Made by a program: the position numbers and the translations under genes
Notes under the pieces: model-generated
What the model was told of the DNA's origin: nothing
Database searches by the model: none
The model's input: the letters and a program-made list of their open reading frames with translations, nothing else
Part shown: positions 28,978 to 36,753 of the stretch, piece after piece
Layout: each line of letters opens with the position of its first letter
Position numbering within the stretch: position 1 is the stretch's first letter
Assembly: GCA_944386395.1 (NCBI GenBank)
Contig: CALXAZ010000145.1
Location: 1 to 45,722, forward strand
DNA from: an uncultured Clostridia bacterium
Lineage (GTDB): Bacteria; Bacillota; Clostridia; Oscillospirales; JAAYOS01
DNA: 45,722 nucleotides
Direction of reading: 5' to 3'

Positions 28978-30666
28978 ATGAAAAGATCAATAACAAGCCT
29001 TATCCTGGCTATAGTCATACTGTCCACCTTATGCGCCTTTGCTGTGGACAGTTCGCCTGTGGTCGAGCCCTCCTTTGGGCGCGGAAGGCTGCTGACTGGC
29101 TACGAATATACAGCGATGAACTCCGCCTCAGAGGGCTTTGTTGCTGCTGCCGACAAAAGTGGACGCTGGGGCTTTATTAACTCTCTCGGTGAAACCGCGG
29201 TCCCATTTGAATACGATTACTGCTCATATTTTATTGGCGGCGTTGCTGCCGTTAAGCGAGTCGGTCTATGGGGATTTATCGACAAAAAGGGGAATATTCT
29301 CTGTGATTTCCAGTTTGAGGACTCCGGAAGCTTTTCTGGAGGGTTCTGCGCTGTAAAAAAGGATGGTCTATGGGGATTTATTGACGAAGATTTTAACCTC
29401 GTTATCCCCTATTCATACGATGGAGCCACCGGGTTTTCAGGAGGACTTGCCTCAGTGCGGCTTGGCAACATGTGGGGCGCTATTGACAGCTCCGGTAAAG
29501 TAGTTATAGATTTCCTATATACAGATTCGTTTATTTTTTCGGGCAGCATTGCTGCTGTAAACACAGCGTCGGGCAGCGGCATAATCGACCCAACAGGTAA
29601 ATACATTGTTTCCCATTCCTCAGGCTGGGAGGTATTGAGCTGCTCTGAAAATATGGCAGTTTTGAAAAAGGGGAACAGCTATGCGATAGCGGGCATCGAT
29701 GGCAGGATAATTCAGGACAATATCTGGCAGTACGTAGGTCAGTTCAGCGAAAAGCTTGCTGCCGTGCAGATAAACGGTAAGTTCGGATATATAAATACTT
29801 CCGGACAGACGGTGATCCCCGCCTCCTTTGACAGCGCAGGTATCTTCTCGGGAGGGCTTGCCCAGGTCAGCTCCGGCGGCAAGCACGGCTTTGTAAACAC
29901 CTCCGGAGACCTCGTGATACCCTGCCGCTTTGCCAGCGTATCTCCCTTCCATGGCGCAACTGCAAAGGCTGTGCTCGATGGTGTTTCAGGTGTCATATAT
30001 CGCGACGGTATCTTCGTACCAGCAGCTCCCTCCGCCAGCACCTCTGCATCTGGTCTTATACCTGTCAAAAGCGGAGGGTTGTATGCTATATTTTATGATG
30101 GTGTGACATATCTTTCAAGCACCGCATATATCGGAGCTTCCGCCTGGGCTCTCGATTCACTATCAGCCGCTGACGAGCTGGGACTGCTCTCCCCGCTACC
30201 ATATGACACAGTGTATTCCCAGCCCATAACTCGCAGCCTCTTCTGTGAGCTTGTCGTCTCTTTCTACAATTCTATCGGAGGCTCTCACGCTGACACGATA
30301 CAAAATCCTTTCACCGATACAAACGATATATATGTCATCCAAGCGTACGCTCTCGGTATTGTTTCAGGCAGGTATGATGGGCTCTTCTGTCCTGACGAAC
30401 AGATAACCCGGGAGGAGATATGTGTTATGCTGCACCGCCTGTGCGACAGGATAGGCTATGCGCCAAATCAGATTGCCACTCCCTCTTTCCCTGATGAGAG
30501 CCAAATATCCTCTTGGGCTGTCGCCTCTGTTCTCCGCATATCCTCGGCCGGCATAACCGGCGGCTACGACGATGGGCGCTTTGCTCCGAAGGACAGCACC
30601 ACCATCGAGCAGGCAGTGCTGATACTATATCGCCTTGCATCGAGTGAGGGAAGAATTGAAGATTAA
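28978..30666 (+). CDS. secreted WG-repeat protein with C-terminal SLH (S-layer homology) domains
   Basis: MKRSITSLILAIVILSTLCAFA signal peptide, with GGAG 6 nt upstream of the ATG at 28978. It carries many repeats of the type WGFI(D/N)..G..V(I)P..Y(D). The C-terminus has two SLH-like modules (FTDTNDIY...GIVSG and FPDESQIS...GITGGYDDGRFAP). Confidence 0.75.
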   Translation: MKRSITSLILAIVILSTLCAFAVDSSPVVEPSFGRGRLLTGYEYTAMNSASEGFVAAADKSGRWGFINSLGETAVPFEYDYCSYFIGGVAAVKRVGLWGFIDKKGNILCDFQFEDSGSFSGGFCAVKKDGLWGFIDEDFNLVIPYSYDGATGFSGGLASVRLGNMWGAIDSSGKVVIDFLYTDSFIFSGSIAAVNTASGSGIIDPTGKYIVSHSSGWEVLSCSENMAVLKKGNSYAIAGIDGRIIQDNIWQYVGQFSEKLAAVQINGKFGYINTSGQTVIPASFDSAGIFSGGLAQVSSGGKHGFVNTSGDLVIPCRFASVSPFHGATAKAVLDGVSGVIYRDGIFVPAAPSASTSASGLIPVKSGGLYAIFYDGVTYLSSTAYIGASAWALDSLSAADELGLLSPLPYDTVYSQPITRSLFCELVVSFYNSIGGSHADTIQNPFTDTNDIYVIQAYALGIVSGRYDGLFCPDEQITREEICVMLHRLCDRIGYAPNQIATPSFPDESQISSWAVASVLRISSAGITGGYDDGRFAPKDSTTIEQAVLILYRLASSEGRIED

Positions 30667-30667
30667 T

Positions 30668-30697
30668 AAAAAAGCGGGACGTTTAGTCCCGCTTTTT
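30668..30697. terminator. bidirectional Rho-independent terminator
   Basis: AAAAAA-GCGGGAC-GTTTA-GTCCCGC-TTTTT between convergent genes. Confidence 0.75.
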
Positions 30698-30701
30698 AAC
30701 T

Positions 30702-31715
30702 CTATCTTTTAATTTCCACCTTAAACATCGGTTCCCAATGCCCCACCAGCGTGTCATTATCATTATATATATTAGGACCATGCAAGGCATCCAGCTTTTC
30801 TATTGTCTCCCCGTTTTCATATCCTATCGCCTTAAATATTTCAGACAGTATAAACGGCCACACATCTTCGCAGCCATCCGCCAGCTTCATCGATATCCCA
30901 AGCCGCTCTTTTTTGAGCCCGCAGCCATATACCCCGGCAGCTCCCCCCTTCGCAACGATGTTGCTGTCCTGATTGATTATCGAGCAGAGATAACCTGTCC
31001 CACGTATCATATGGCTATATTTATTCATTCTGGGGACAAATGTCTCCGCTGCCCGGCGCAGCCCTTCATCCTTTATCGTGTCCAGGCAGGCAAGATTTTT
31101 GAAGGCTGCCGCAATGTTTTTCATCCCAACCGCAAACACCGGCACCCCACAGCCATCAATCCCGACTGTTATATCCTCCTCGCGGCATTCGCTCATCAAA
31201 GCAACTGTGCGCAGCACCTCCTGCTGCACCTTTGAATCGAGCTTCCAGTAATCCTCAATCTCCCCACCAAGCGCACGCTGCGTGATAATCAGCGCGGCAT
31301 GCTTGCCGGCGCAGTTGTGGTAAAATTTCCTCGGTGCCTTGCCCTCGCGTATGCGCTCCTCATTTGCCGCCTTTGATACCGGAACAGTCGGCTTCATTAT
31401 CCACATGTCCTCTGTCAGCCCAGCCTTTTCCGCTATCGATTCAAGGGCTGCAATGTGAAATTTCTCCCCGGCATGTGACGCGGCAAAAATTGCCGTTTCC
31501 TCCTCCGTCAGTCCATATTCCCTGTCCAAGCCGCGCGCTATAAGCGGAAGCGCCTGTATCGGCTTTGACGAAGAGCGGTAAAACACCTTTTCATCTGGGC
31601 TGCCAACACTAAAAATCACATTGGAATTTTCATCGACTATGCAGATATATCCCTGGTGAGTAAGGTCGATAAGCTCTCCCCTATACTCACAAACAAGCGG
31701 CTTGTATGACGGCAT
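30702..31715 (-). CDS. asparaginase family protein (L-asparaginase II-like, PF06089 type)
   Basis: Contains SSSKPIQALPL, ASHAGEKFH and HNCAGKHAA. The start is at the internal ATG 31715, which has GGAGGA 7 nt upstream. Confidence 0.7.
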   Translation of the reverse strand: MPSYKPLVCEYRGELIDLTHQGYICIVDENSNVIFSVGSPDEKVFYRSSSKPIQALPLIARGLDREYGLTEEETAIFAASHAGEKFHIAALESIAEKAGLTEDMWIMKPTVPVSKAANEERIREGKAPRKFYHNCAGKHAALIITQRALGGEIEDYWKLDSKVQQEVLRTVALMSECREEDITVGIDGCGVPVFAVGMKNIAAAFKNLACLDTIKDEGLRRAAETFVPRMNKYSHMIRGTGYLCSIINQDSNIVAKGGAAGVYGCGLKKERLGISMKLADGCEDVWPFILSEIFKAIGYENGETIEKLDALHGPNIYNDNDTLVGHWEPMFKVEIKR

Positions 31716-31933
31716 TATACTTTCCTCCATTATACACTATAAAACAGCGCTTTTCACACACCGTAAGCTATTATATCACTTTTTTTCCTCTTTTCCACTA
31801 CAAATACCATATAAAAATGTACAAGTTTTTATTAAAAAATTCCCCACGGTTGATAAACTTTATAAATTAAGCAAAACTCCATGTTTATCATAAACAGCAG
31901 CCGTGTTATTACCCGTCTGCCTCATCCATGCTC

Positions 31934-31967
31934 AAAAAAGATGGCTGCCATGGAAGGCAGCCATCTT
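31934..31967 (-). terminator. Rho-independent terminator of hisS-aspS
   Basis: On the minus strand AAGATGGCTGCC-TTCCAT-GGCAGCCATCTT is followed by TTTTTT, 4 nt after the aspS stop. Confidence 0.8.
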
Positions 31968-31970
31968 TAC

Positions 31971-33752
31971 TCATTTGTCTGTATCTACCTTTATGTGCAG
32001 CTCCTCCAGCTGCTTGTCATCTACATATGACGGACATTCGCTCATCAGCTCGCTTGCGTTCTGCACCTTTGGGAAAGCAATTACATCCCGCAGGCTATCC
32101 GCTCCGCACATTATCATCGTCAGCCTGTCAAGACCAATTCCAACTCCGCCATGCGGCGGCGCGCCAAAGCGATATGCATCCACAAGAAAACCAAACTTTG
32201 CCTCTATCTCCTCTTTTGTAAGCCCCAGAGCCTCGAACATCTTCGCCTGAAGCTTATAGTCGCTTATGCGTATCGACCCGGAGCAGAGCTCCACCCCGTT
32301 GACCACAAGGTCATAAGCCTTCGCGCGCACCCTTCCCGGGTCACTTTCCAGATAGTCAAGGCACTCCTCAAGCGGCATTGTAAACGGATGATGCATTGCC
32401 ACCCACTCCCCGGTCTCGTCATCCTGCTCAAAGAACGGAAACTCGGTTATCCACAGGAAATTATATCCATCCGGAATTATTCCAAGCTGCTTTGCCACCG
32501 TATTCCTGAGCGCTCCGAGGACCGGCAGCGTAACCTTATCCCTGTCTGCCACTATCAGCGCTACATCGCCCCGCTCGCAGCCAAGCCTTTCGGCTATCGC
32601 TCTCAGCTCATCCTCCGTCATAAACTTTGCAAACGAACACGCCGGCTTCTCATCTACCCATCTGATATACGCGAGCCCTTTTGCTCCTATCCCTCGCACC
32701 ATCTCCGTCAGCTTGTCTATCTCCTTGCGCGTCAGCGTTTTGGCAGCGTTTTTGGCAACTATCCCTCGCACAGAACCTCCCGCCTCTATCGCAGAGGTAA
32801 ACACCGAAAAACCACAGCCCTTTACAACGTCCGAAATGTCACATATCTCCATGTCAAAACGGGTATCAGGCTTGTCGCTTCCGTAACGGTTCATCGCGTC
32901 AGCATATGTCAGGCGCGGAAGCGGCACCGGCAGGTCTATATTCATAACCTCCTTATACAGGCGGTGGATATATCCCTCTATCATCTCCAGGATGTCATCC
33001 ACGTCGACAAAGGACATCTCAAGGTCGATCTGGGTAAACTCAGGCTGGCGGTCGGCACGCAGATCCTCGTCCCTGAAGCAGCGCGCAAGCTGGATATAGC
33101 GGTCAAACCCCGAGAGCATAAGCAGCTGCTTATATATCTGCGGCGACTGCGGAAGCGCATAAAATTTCCCCGGATGCACCCTCGATGGGACAATATAGTC
33201 GCGCGCTCCCTCCGGCGTTGATTTCATCATCATTGGCGTCTCTATCTCGGTAAACCCGTTCTCATAGAAGTAGTCCCGGGTCACCCGCGCCACCTCATGC
33301 CTGATAAATATATTTTTCTGAAGGCTCGGGCGGCGGAGGTCAAGATAGCGGTATTTCAGTCTCAGTTCCTCGCCTGTTTTTGTGTCGTCAACTATTTCAA
33401 ACGGAGGGGTTTCTGCCTCACCGAGTATTCTCAGTTCACACGCCTCAATCTCTACCTCTCCTGTCGGCATATCCCTGTTTATCGCACCCTCTCCGCGGGC
33501 ACGCAGGATACCCCTTACCGCAACCACATATTCCGAGCGAAGCGACGCCGCCTTGACAAACAGCTCAGAGTTCGTCTCCTCATTGAACGTCGCCTGGATT
33601 ATCCCGCTCCTATCGCGTACAGTCACAAATATCAGCCCTCCAAGGTCCCTGCGGCGCTGCACCCATCCGCAAACCGACACCTCCTGACCAACATTTTCGC
33701 CCCTCAGCGTACCGCACATATGTGTGCGCTTAAAACCTCTAATAGTTTCCAT
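31971..33752 (-). CDS. aspS: aspartate--tRNA ligase
   Basis: 593 aa with an OB anticodon-binding N-terminus, class II motifs (FRDEDLRADRQPEFTQIDLE and GGVGIGLDRL) and the bacterial insertion domain. Confidence 0.95.
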   Translation of the reverse strand: METIRGFKRTHMCGTLRGENVGQEVSVCGWVQRRRDLGGLIFVTVRDRSGIIQATFNEETNSELFVKAASLRSEYVVAVRGILRARGEGAINRDMPTGEVEIEACELRILGEAETPPFEIVDDTKTGEELRLKYRYLDLRRPSLQKNIFIRHEVARVTRDYFYENGFTEIETPMMMKSTPEGARDYIVPSRVHPGKFYALPQSPQIYKQLLMLSGFDRYIQLARCFRDEDLRADRQPEFTQIDLEMSFVDVDDILEMIEGYIHRLYKEVMNIDLPVPLPRLTYADAMNRYGSDKPDTRFDMEICDISDVVKGCGFSVFTSAIEAGGSVRGIVAKNAAKTLTRKEIDKLTEMVRGIGAKGLAYIRWVDEKPACSFAKFMTEDELRAIAERLGCERGDVALIVADRDKVTLPVLGALRNTVAKQLGIIPDGYNFLWITEFPFFEQDDETGEWVAMHHPFTMPLEECLDYLESDPGRVRAKAYDLVVNGVELCSGSIRISDYKLQAKMFEALGLTKEEIEAKFGFLVDAYRFGAPPHGGVGIGLDRLTMIMCGADSLRDVIAFPKVQNASELMSECPSYVDDKQLEELHIKVDTDK

Positions 33753-33772
33753 CGCTGGCTTTCCCTTTCAAA

Positions 33773-35053
33773 TCATATTTTTATCGTGTTATCCACAAGA
33801 GCCACTATTGAATACGGATCAAGAGGACATTCACGCTCTTTCCCTGTCTCCATATCGCGTATTTTGACCTGCCCTTTTTCTATCTCATCCGTACCTATAA
33901 CTATCGTATATGCTGCGCCTATCTTCGAGGCGTACTTCATCTGGGCCCTCACGCCACGTCCCATCAGATCGCGCTCCACCGCAACCCCGGAGGCTCTCAG
34001 CGCCAGCACCAGCGGCCCCACAGCCTTTCTTGCCTCTTCGTCCGCTGCCGCAATAAACAGATCCGGTTTGCTGTTGTCCTCGAGCTGCACACCCTCTGCC
34101 TCCATCTGCAGAAGCACACGCTCTATTCCGCTTCCAAAGCCGAGACCGGGCGTGGGTTGCCCTCCCAGCTCTTCAACAAGCCCATCATACCTGCCTCCGG
34201 CAAGCACAGTGCCCTGGGCTCCTATGGCATTGGAAACAAATTCAAATACCGTTCTTGTATAGTAATCCAGCCCGCGCACAAGCTTTGGATTTTCGGTATA
34301 CTTTATCCCCACGCTATCAAGAGCCGCTTTTACTCCCGCAAAGTGCTCCGCACACTCCTGACACAGGTAATCGGAGAGCAGCGGCGCGTCTTTGTTTATC
34401 TCGCGACACTTCTCCTCCTTGCAGTCGAGCAGCCTCAGCGGGTTGCGCCCGAGCCTATCCAGACAGGTCTCGCAGAGCCCGTCTCTATGGGCTTCAAAGT
34501 ATGCCTTTAGCGCCTCGTTATATTTTTTCCTGCACTCGGGGCAGCCGATAGAATTTAGCTGAAGCTCCGTCTTTTTTATGCCGAGTGTTGAGAGATATGT
34601 GTACGCAAGCGCTATAATGTCCGCATCTGCCTCGGGGCCTGCAGCCCCAAAACATTCAACCCCAAACTGATGGTGCTCGCGCAGCCTGCCGGCCTGCGGC
34701 TTTTCATAGCGGAAATTTGCCGCAATATAATACACCTTGACAGGCAGCCCCTCGCGGAAAAGCGAGCTCTCCACCGACGCCCGCACTACCGATGCCGTCC
34801 CTTCCGGGCGAAGGGTTATCGAGCGCCCTCCCCTGTCCTCAAAGGTGTACATCTCCTTCTGCACTATATCGGTCGTATCCCCTACGCCGCGATGAAAAAG
34901 CTCGGTATGTTCAAAGGTCGGAAACCTTATTTCACTAAATCCAAACCGGCGTGCCGTTTCCCTTGCTACGCTCTCTACAAAGTGCCACTTGTACACCTCT
35001 GAGGGAAGGACATCCTTTGTCCCACGCGGCGCAGTAATTTTTTGCTGTGCCAT
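33773..35053 (-). CDS. hisS: histidine--tRNA ligase
   Basis: 426 aa with GTKDVLP, the RYEKPQAGRLREHHQFGVE motif 2 region and GGRYDGL. Confidence 0.95.
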   Translation of the reverse strand: MAQQKITAPRGTKDVLPSEVYKWHFVESVARETARRFGFSEIRFPTFEHTELFHRGVGDTTDIVQKEMYTFEDRGGRSITLRPEGTASVVRASVESSLFREGLPVKVYYIAANFRYEKPQAGRLREHHQFGVECFGAAGPEADADIIALAYTYLSTLGIKKTELQLNSIGCPECRKKYNEALKAYFEAHRDGLCETCLDRLGRNPLRLLDCKEEKCREINKDAPLLSDYLCQECAEHFAGVKAALDSVGIKYTENPKLVRGLDYYTRTVFEFVSNAIGAQGTVLAGGRYDGLVEELGGQPTPGLGFGSGIERVLLQMEAEGVQLEDNSKPDLFIAAADEEARKAVGPLVLALRASGVAVERDLMGRGVRAQMKYASKIGAAYTIVIGTDEIEKGQVKIRDMETGKERECPLDPYSIVALVDNTIKI

Positions 35054-35057
35054 TTAA

Positions 35058-35360
35058 TGACAACCCCTTTCTTTTATCATATTAATAAAAATCCCGGATA
35101 CCGATTTGCGGTATCCGGGACGAGAATCTCTCGTGGTGCCACCCGATTTCAGGCAGTTACCTGCCCCTCGTTTCCCTTAACGCGGGTGACGTGCGGCTTA
35201 TATGTTCACCGCCGGCTCGCGGGTGTCCTTCGTGCCTGCTTTCCCAGACGCGGTATCAGTCTCTGCCGCATCCTCCCTGTGGGCTCATAGTACACTACTG
35301 CTCCCGGTCGTTGCCTTTTTCATGTTCTTTACTGCCGGACCCATTACAGTTGCCAGATCC
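35058..35360 (-). promoter_or_regulatory. T-box riboswitch leader controlling hisS-aspS
   Basis: Read on the minus strand. AGAGA lies at 35264-35260 and an F-box-like GCGTTA at 35183-35178. Stem III is GGCAG-GTAA-CTGCC. The T-box core AATCGGGTGGCACCACG lies at 35148-35132. The terminator TCCCGGATACCG-CAAAT-CGGTATCCGGGA plus TTTTT lies at 35120-35087. Confidence 0.85.
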
Positions 35361-35366
35361 AACGTT

Positions 35367-35395
35367 ATTATGTCACACCGCCGCCCCAATGTCAA
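35367..35395 (-). promoter_or_regulatory. sigma-A type promoter of the T-box leader
   Basis: On the minus strand: TTGACA (35395-35390, overlapping the mgsA TGA stop), a 17-nt spacer, then CATAAT (35372-35367). Confidence 0.6.
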
Positions 35396-35811
35396 GGATT
35401 AAAGGGGGTGGAATTTGTATGGACAATGTTTCTCCAGTCTAGGTCGCCCCGCTCAAGCCCGAGGATCAGCATCTCAGCTGTCGCAACATTTGTTGCCATT
35501 GGTATATTGTTTATATCGCACAGGCGAAGAAGAGACATTACATCTACATCATGCGACACCGGCGTAAGTGGATCGCGGAAGAAGAGTACCATATCTATCT
35601 CATTGTAGGTTATCCGTGCGCCTATCTGCTGATCCCCTCCCTGGGACCCGGTGAGGAAACGCTGGACATCAAGCCCCGTGGCCTCTGCCACCAGCTTCCC
35701 AGTCGTCCCCGTGGCGCAGAGGTGATGCTTGGAAAGTATTCCGCAATATGCTATGCAGAACTGTACCATAAGCTCCTTTTTCGCGTCGTTTGCCGTTAAA
35801 GCTATATTCAT
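35392..35811 (-). CDS. mgsA: methylglyoxal synthase
   Basis: 139 aa with [36 protein letters not shown] and FFRDPL motifs. Confidence 0.9.
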   Translation of the reverse strand: MNIALTANDAKKELMVQFCIAYCGILSKHHLCATGTTGKLVAEATGLDVQRFLTGSQGGDQQIGARITYNEIDMVLFFRDPLTPVSHDVDVMSLLRLCDINNIPMATNVATAEMLILGLERGDLDWRNIVHTNSTPFNP

Positions 35812-35837
35812 TTATTTTGCTCCTTCCCTGTACCCTT

Positions 35838-36590
35838 TTATCTGTATTTTATCTTCATTACAGGAACCTTTTCACCTGTTATACGCTTTGAAATATTCAG
35901 ATATGCCCGCGCTGCCCCCGAATATGTATGTAGAATAATCGGGCGGGAACGGTTTGCATATATCATCACATTTTCATCCTCCGGGACTATCCCGATGAGC
36001 CGTATTCCTGTGGCATCTATCGCATCATCGATATTTGGAGCCCCCTCTGTGTCTATCAACCGCCTTCTTACGCGGTTTACCACCAGCCGAAGCTCCCTCA
36101 CTCCAAGCCCCAGCATCAGCTCCCCCGTTCTCGCAGCGTCACGCAGGCTTGTAAGGTCGGTGGTGCTGACAACAATTCCATATTCACATGCCCCCGCTGC
36201 CATTCTCAGGCTATTACCGAGCCCGGCAGCGCAGTCTACAAGTATATAGTCGTATCGCTCCTCCGCCTCTTTTATAAGTGCCGCAAACGGTTCGCCACTT
36301 ACCGGCATACCACCAGCGCTTAATGGAGCATTGAGCAGAAACAGACCAGGTATCTCCTCGTGTTCGACTACTGCCTCTTCTAGCGAAACGCTGCCATTCA
36401 GCACATCCTCAAGATCCAACACAGTCCTGTCGCTCAACCCAAGAACGATATCCAGATTTCTCAGTCCAAAATCTGCGTCTATGCAGAGCACCCGATTTCC
36501 AAGCGCCGCAAGGCAGGAAGAAACTCCCGCAACAACAGACGTTTTTCCTACGCCTCCCTTGCCCGAAGCCACTACTATTGCCATGCCCAT
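35838..36590 (-). CDS. minD: MinD-like ParA/MinD family ATPase lacking the C-terminal membrane-targeting helix
   Basis: It is colinear with MinD from the deviant Walker A (SGKGGVGKTS) through DADFGLRNLDIVLGL and DCAAG to ...ISKRITGEKVPV. It stops 6 aa later. Confidence 0.7.
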   Translation of the reverse strand: MGMAIVVASGKGGVGKTSVVAGVSSCLAALGNRVLCIDADFGLRNLDIVLGLSDRTVLDLEDVLNGSVSLEEAVVEHEEIPGLFLLNAPLSAGGMPVSGEPFAALIKEAEERYDYILVDCAAGLGNSLRMAAGACEYGIVVSTTDLTSLRDAARTGELMLGLGVRELRLVVNRVRRRLIDTEGAPNIDDAIDATGIRLIGIVPEDENVMIYANRSRPIILHTYSGAARAYLNISKRITGEKVPVMKIKYR

Positions 36591-36685
36591 ACGTCCTCTG
36601 CCCTCCTCGCGGATACCGTATACAAGCTACCCCCAGTGGCAGTCCCGCGCATACCACGTGCCCGGACGTCCCGCCAGTCGAACCT

Positions 36686-36714
36686 ATTATAGCAAAAATC
36701 ATGCATTATATCAA
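36686..36714 (-). promoter_or_regulatory. sigma-A type promoter upstream of the minD-like gene
   Basis: On the minus strand: TTGATA (36714-36709), a 17-nt spacer, then TATAAT (36691-36686). The -35 element is overlapped by the palindrome ATGCATT-N5-AATGCAT (36701-36719). Confidence 0.6.
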
Positions 36715-36753
36715 TGCATTTAAAAAATATTGTGTGAAATCTTCACAGAACAC

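Noticed and set aside
32447-33797. Two perfect DnaA-box 9-mers, TTATCCACA, at 32447-32455 and 33789-33797.
   Set aside because: Both lie inside the aspS and hisS coding sequence, 1.3 kb apart. There is no cluster and no AT-rich unwinding element nearby, so they are most simply chance occurrences.
32151-34262. Two very long plus-strand ORFs (356 aa and 321 aa) opposite aspS and hisS.
   Set aside because: These are shadow ORFs. The minus strand encodes unmistakable AspRS and HisRS. The antisense translations are low-complexity (R/S/P/L-rich), match no recognisable family and have no SD.
36592-36685. The leader of the minD-like gene contains GACTGGCG and CCGGGC, reminiscent of the ZTP (pfl) riboswitch core.
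   Set aside because: The 3' CCGCCTGGGCA-type half is not present (only GCCACTGGGGG). I could not draw the required helices, and the gene context is not purine or folate metabolism.
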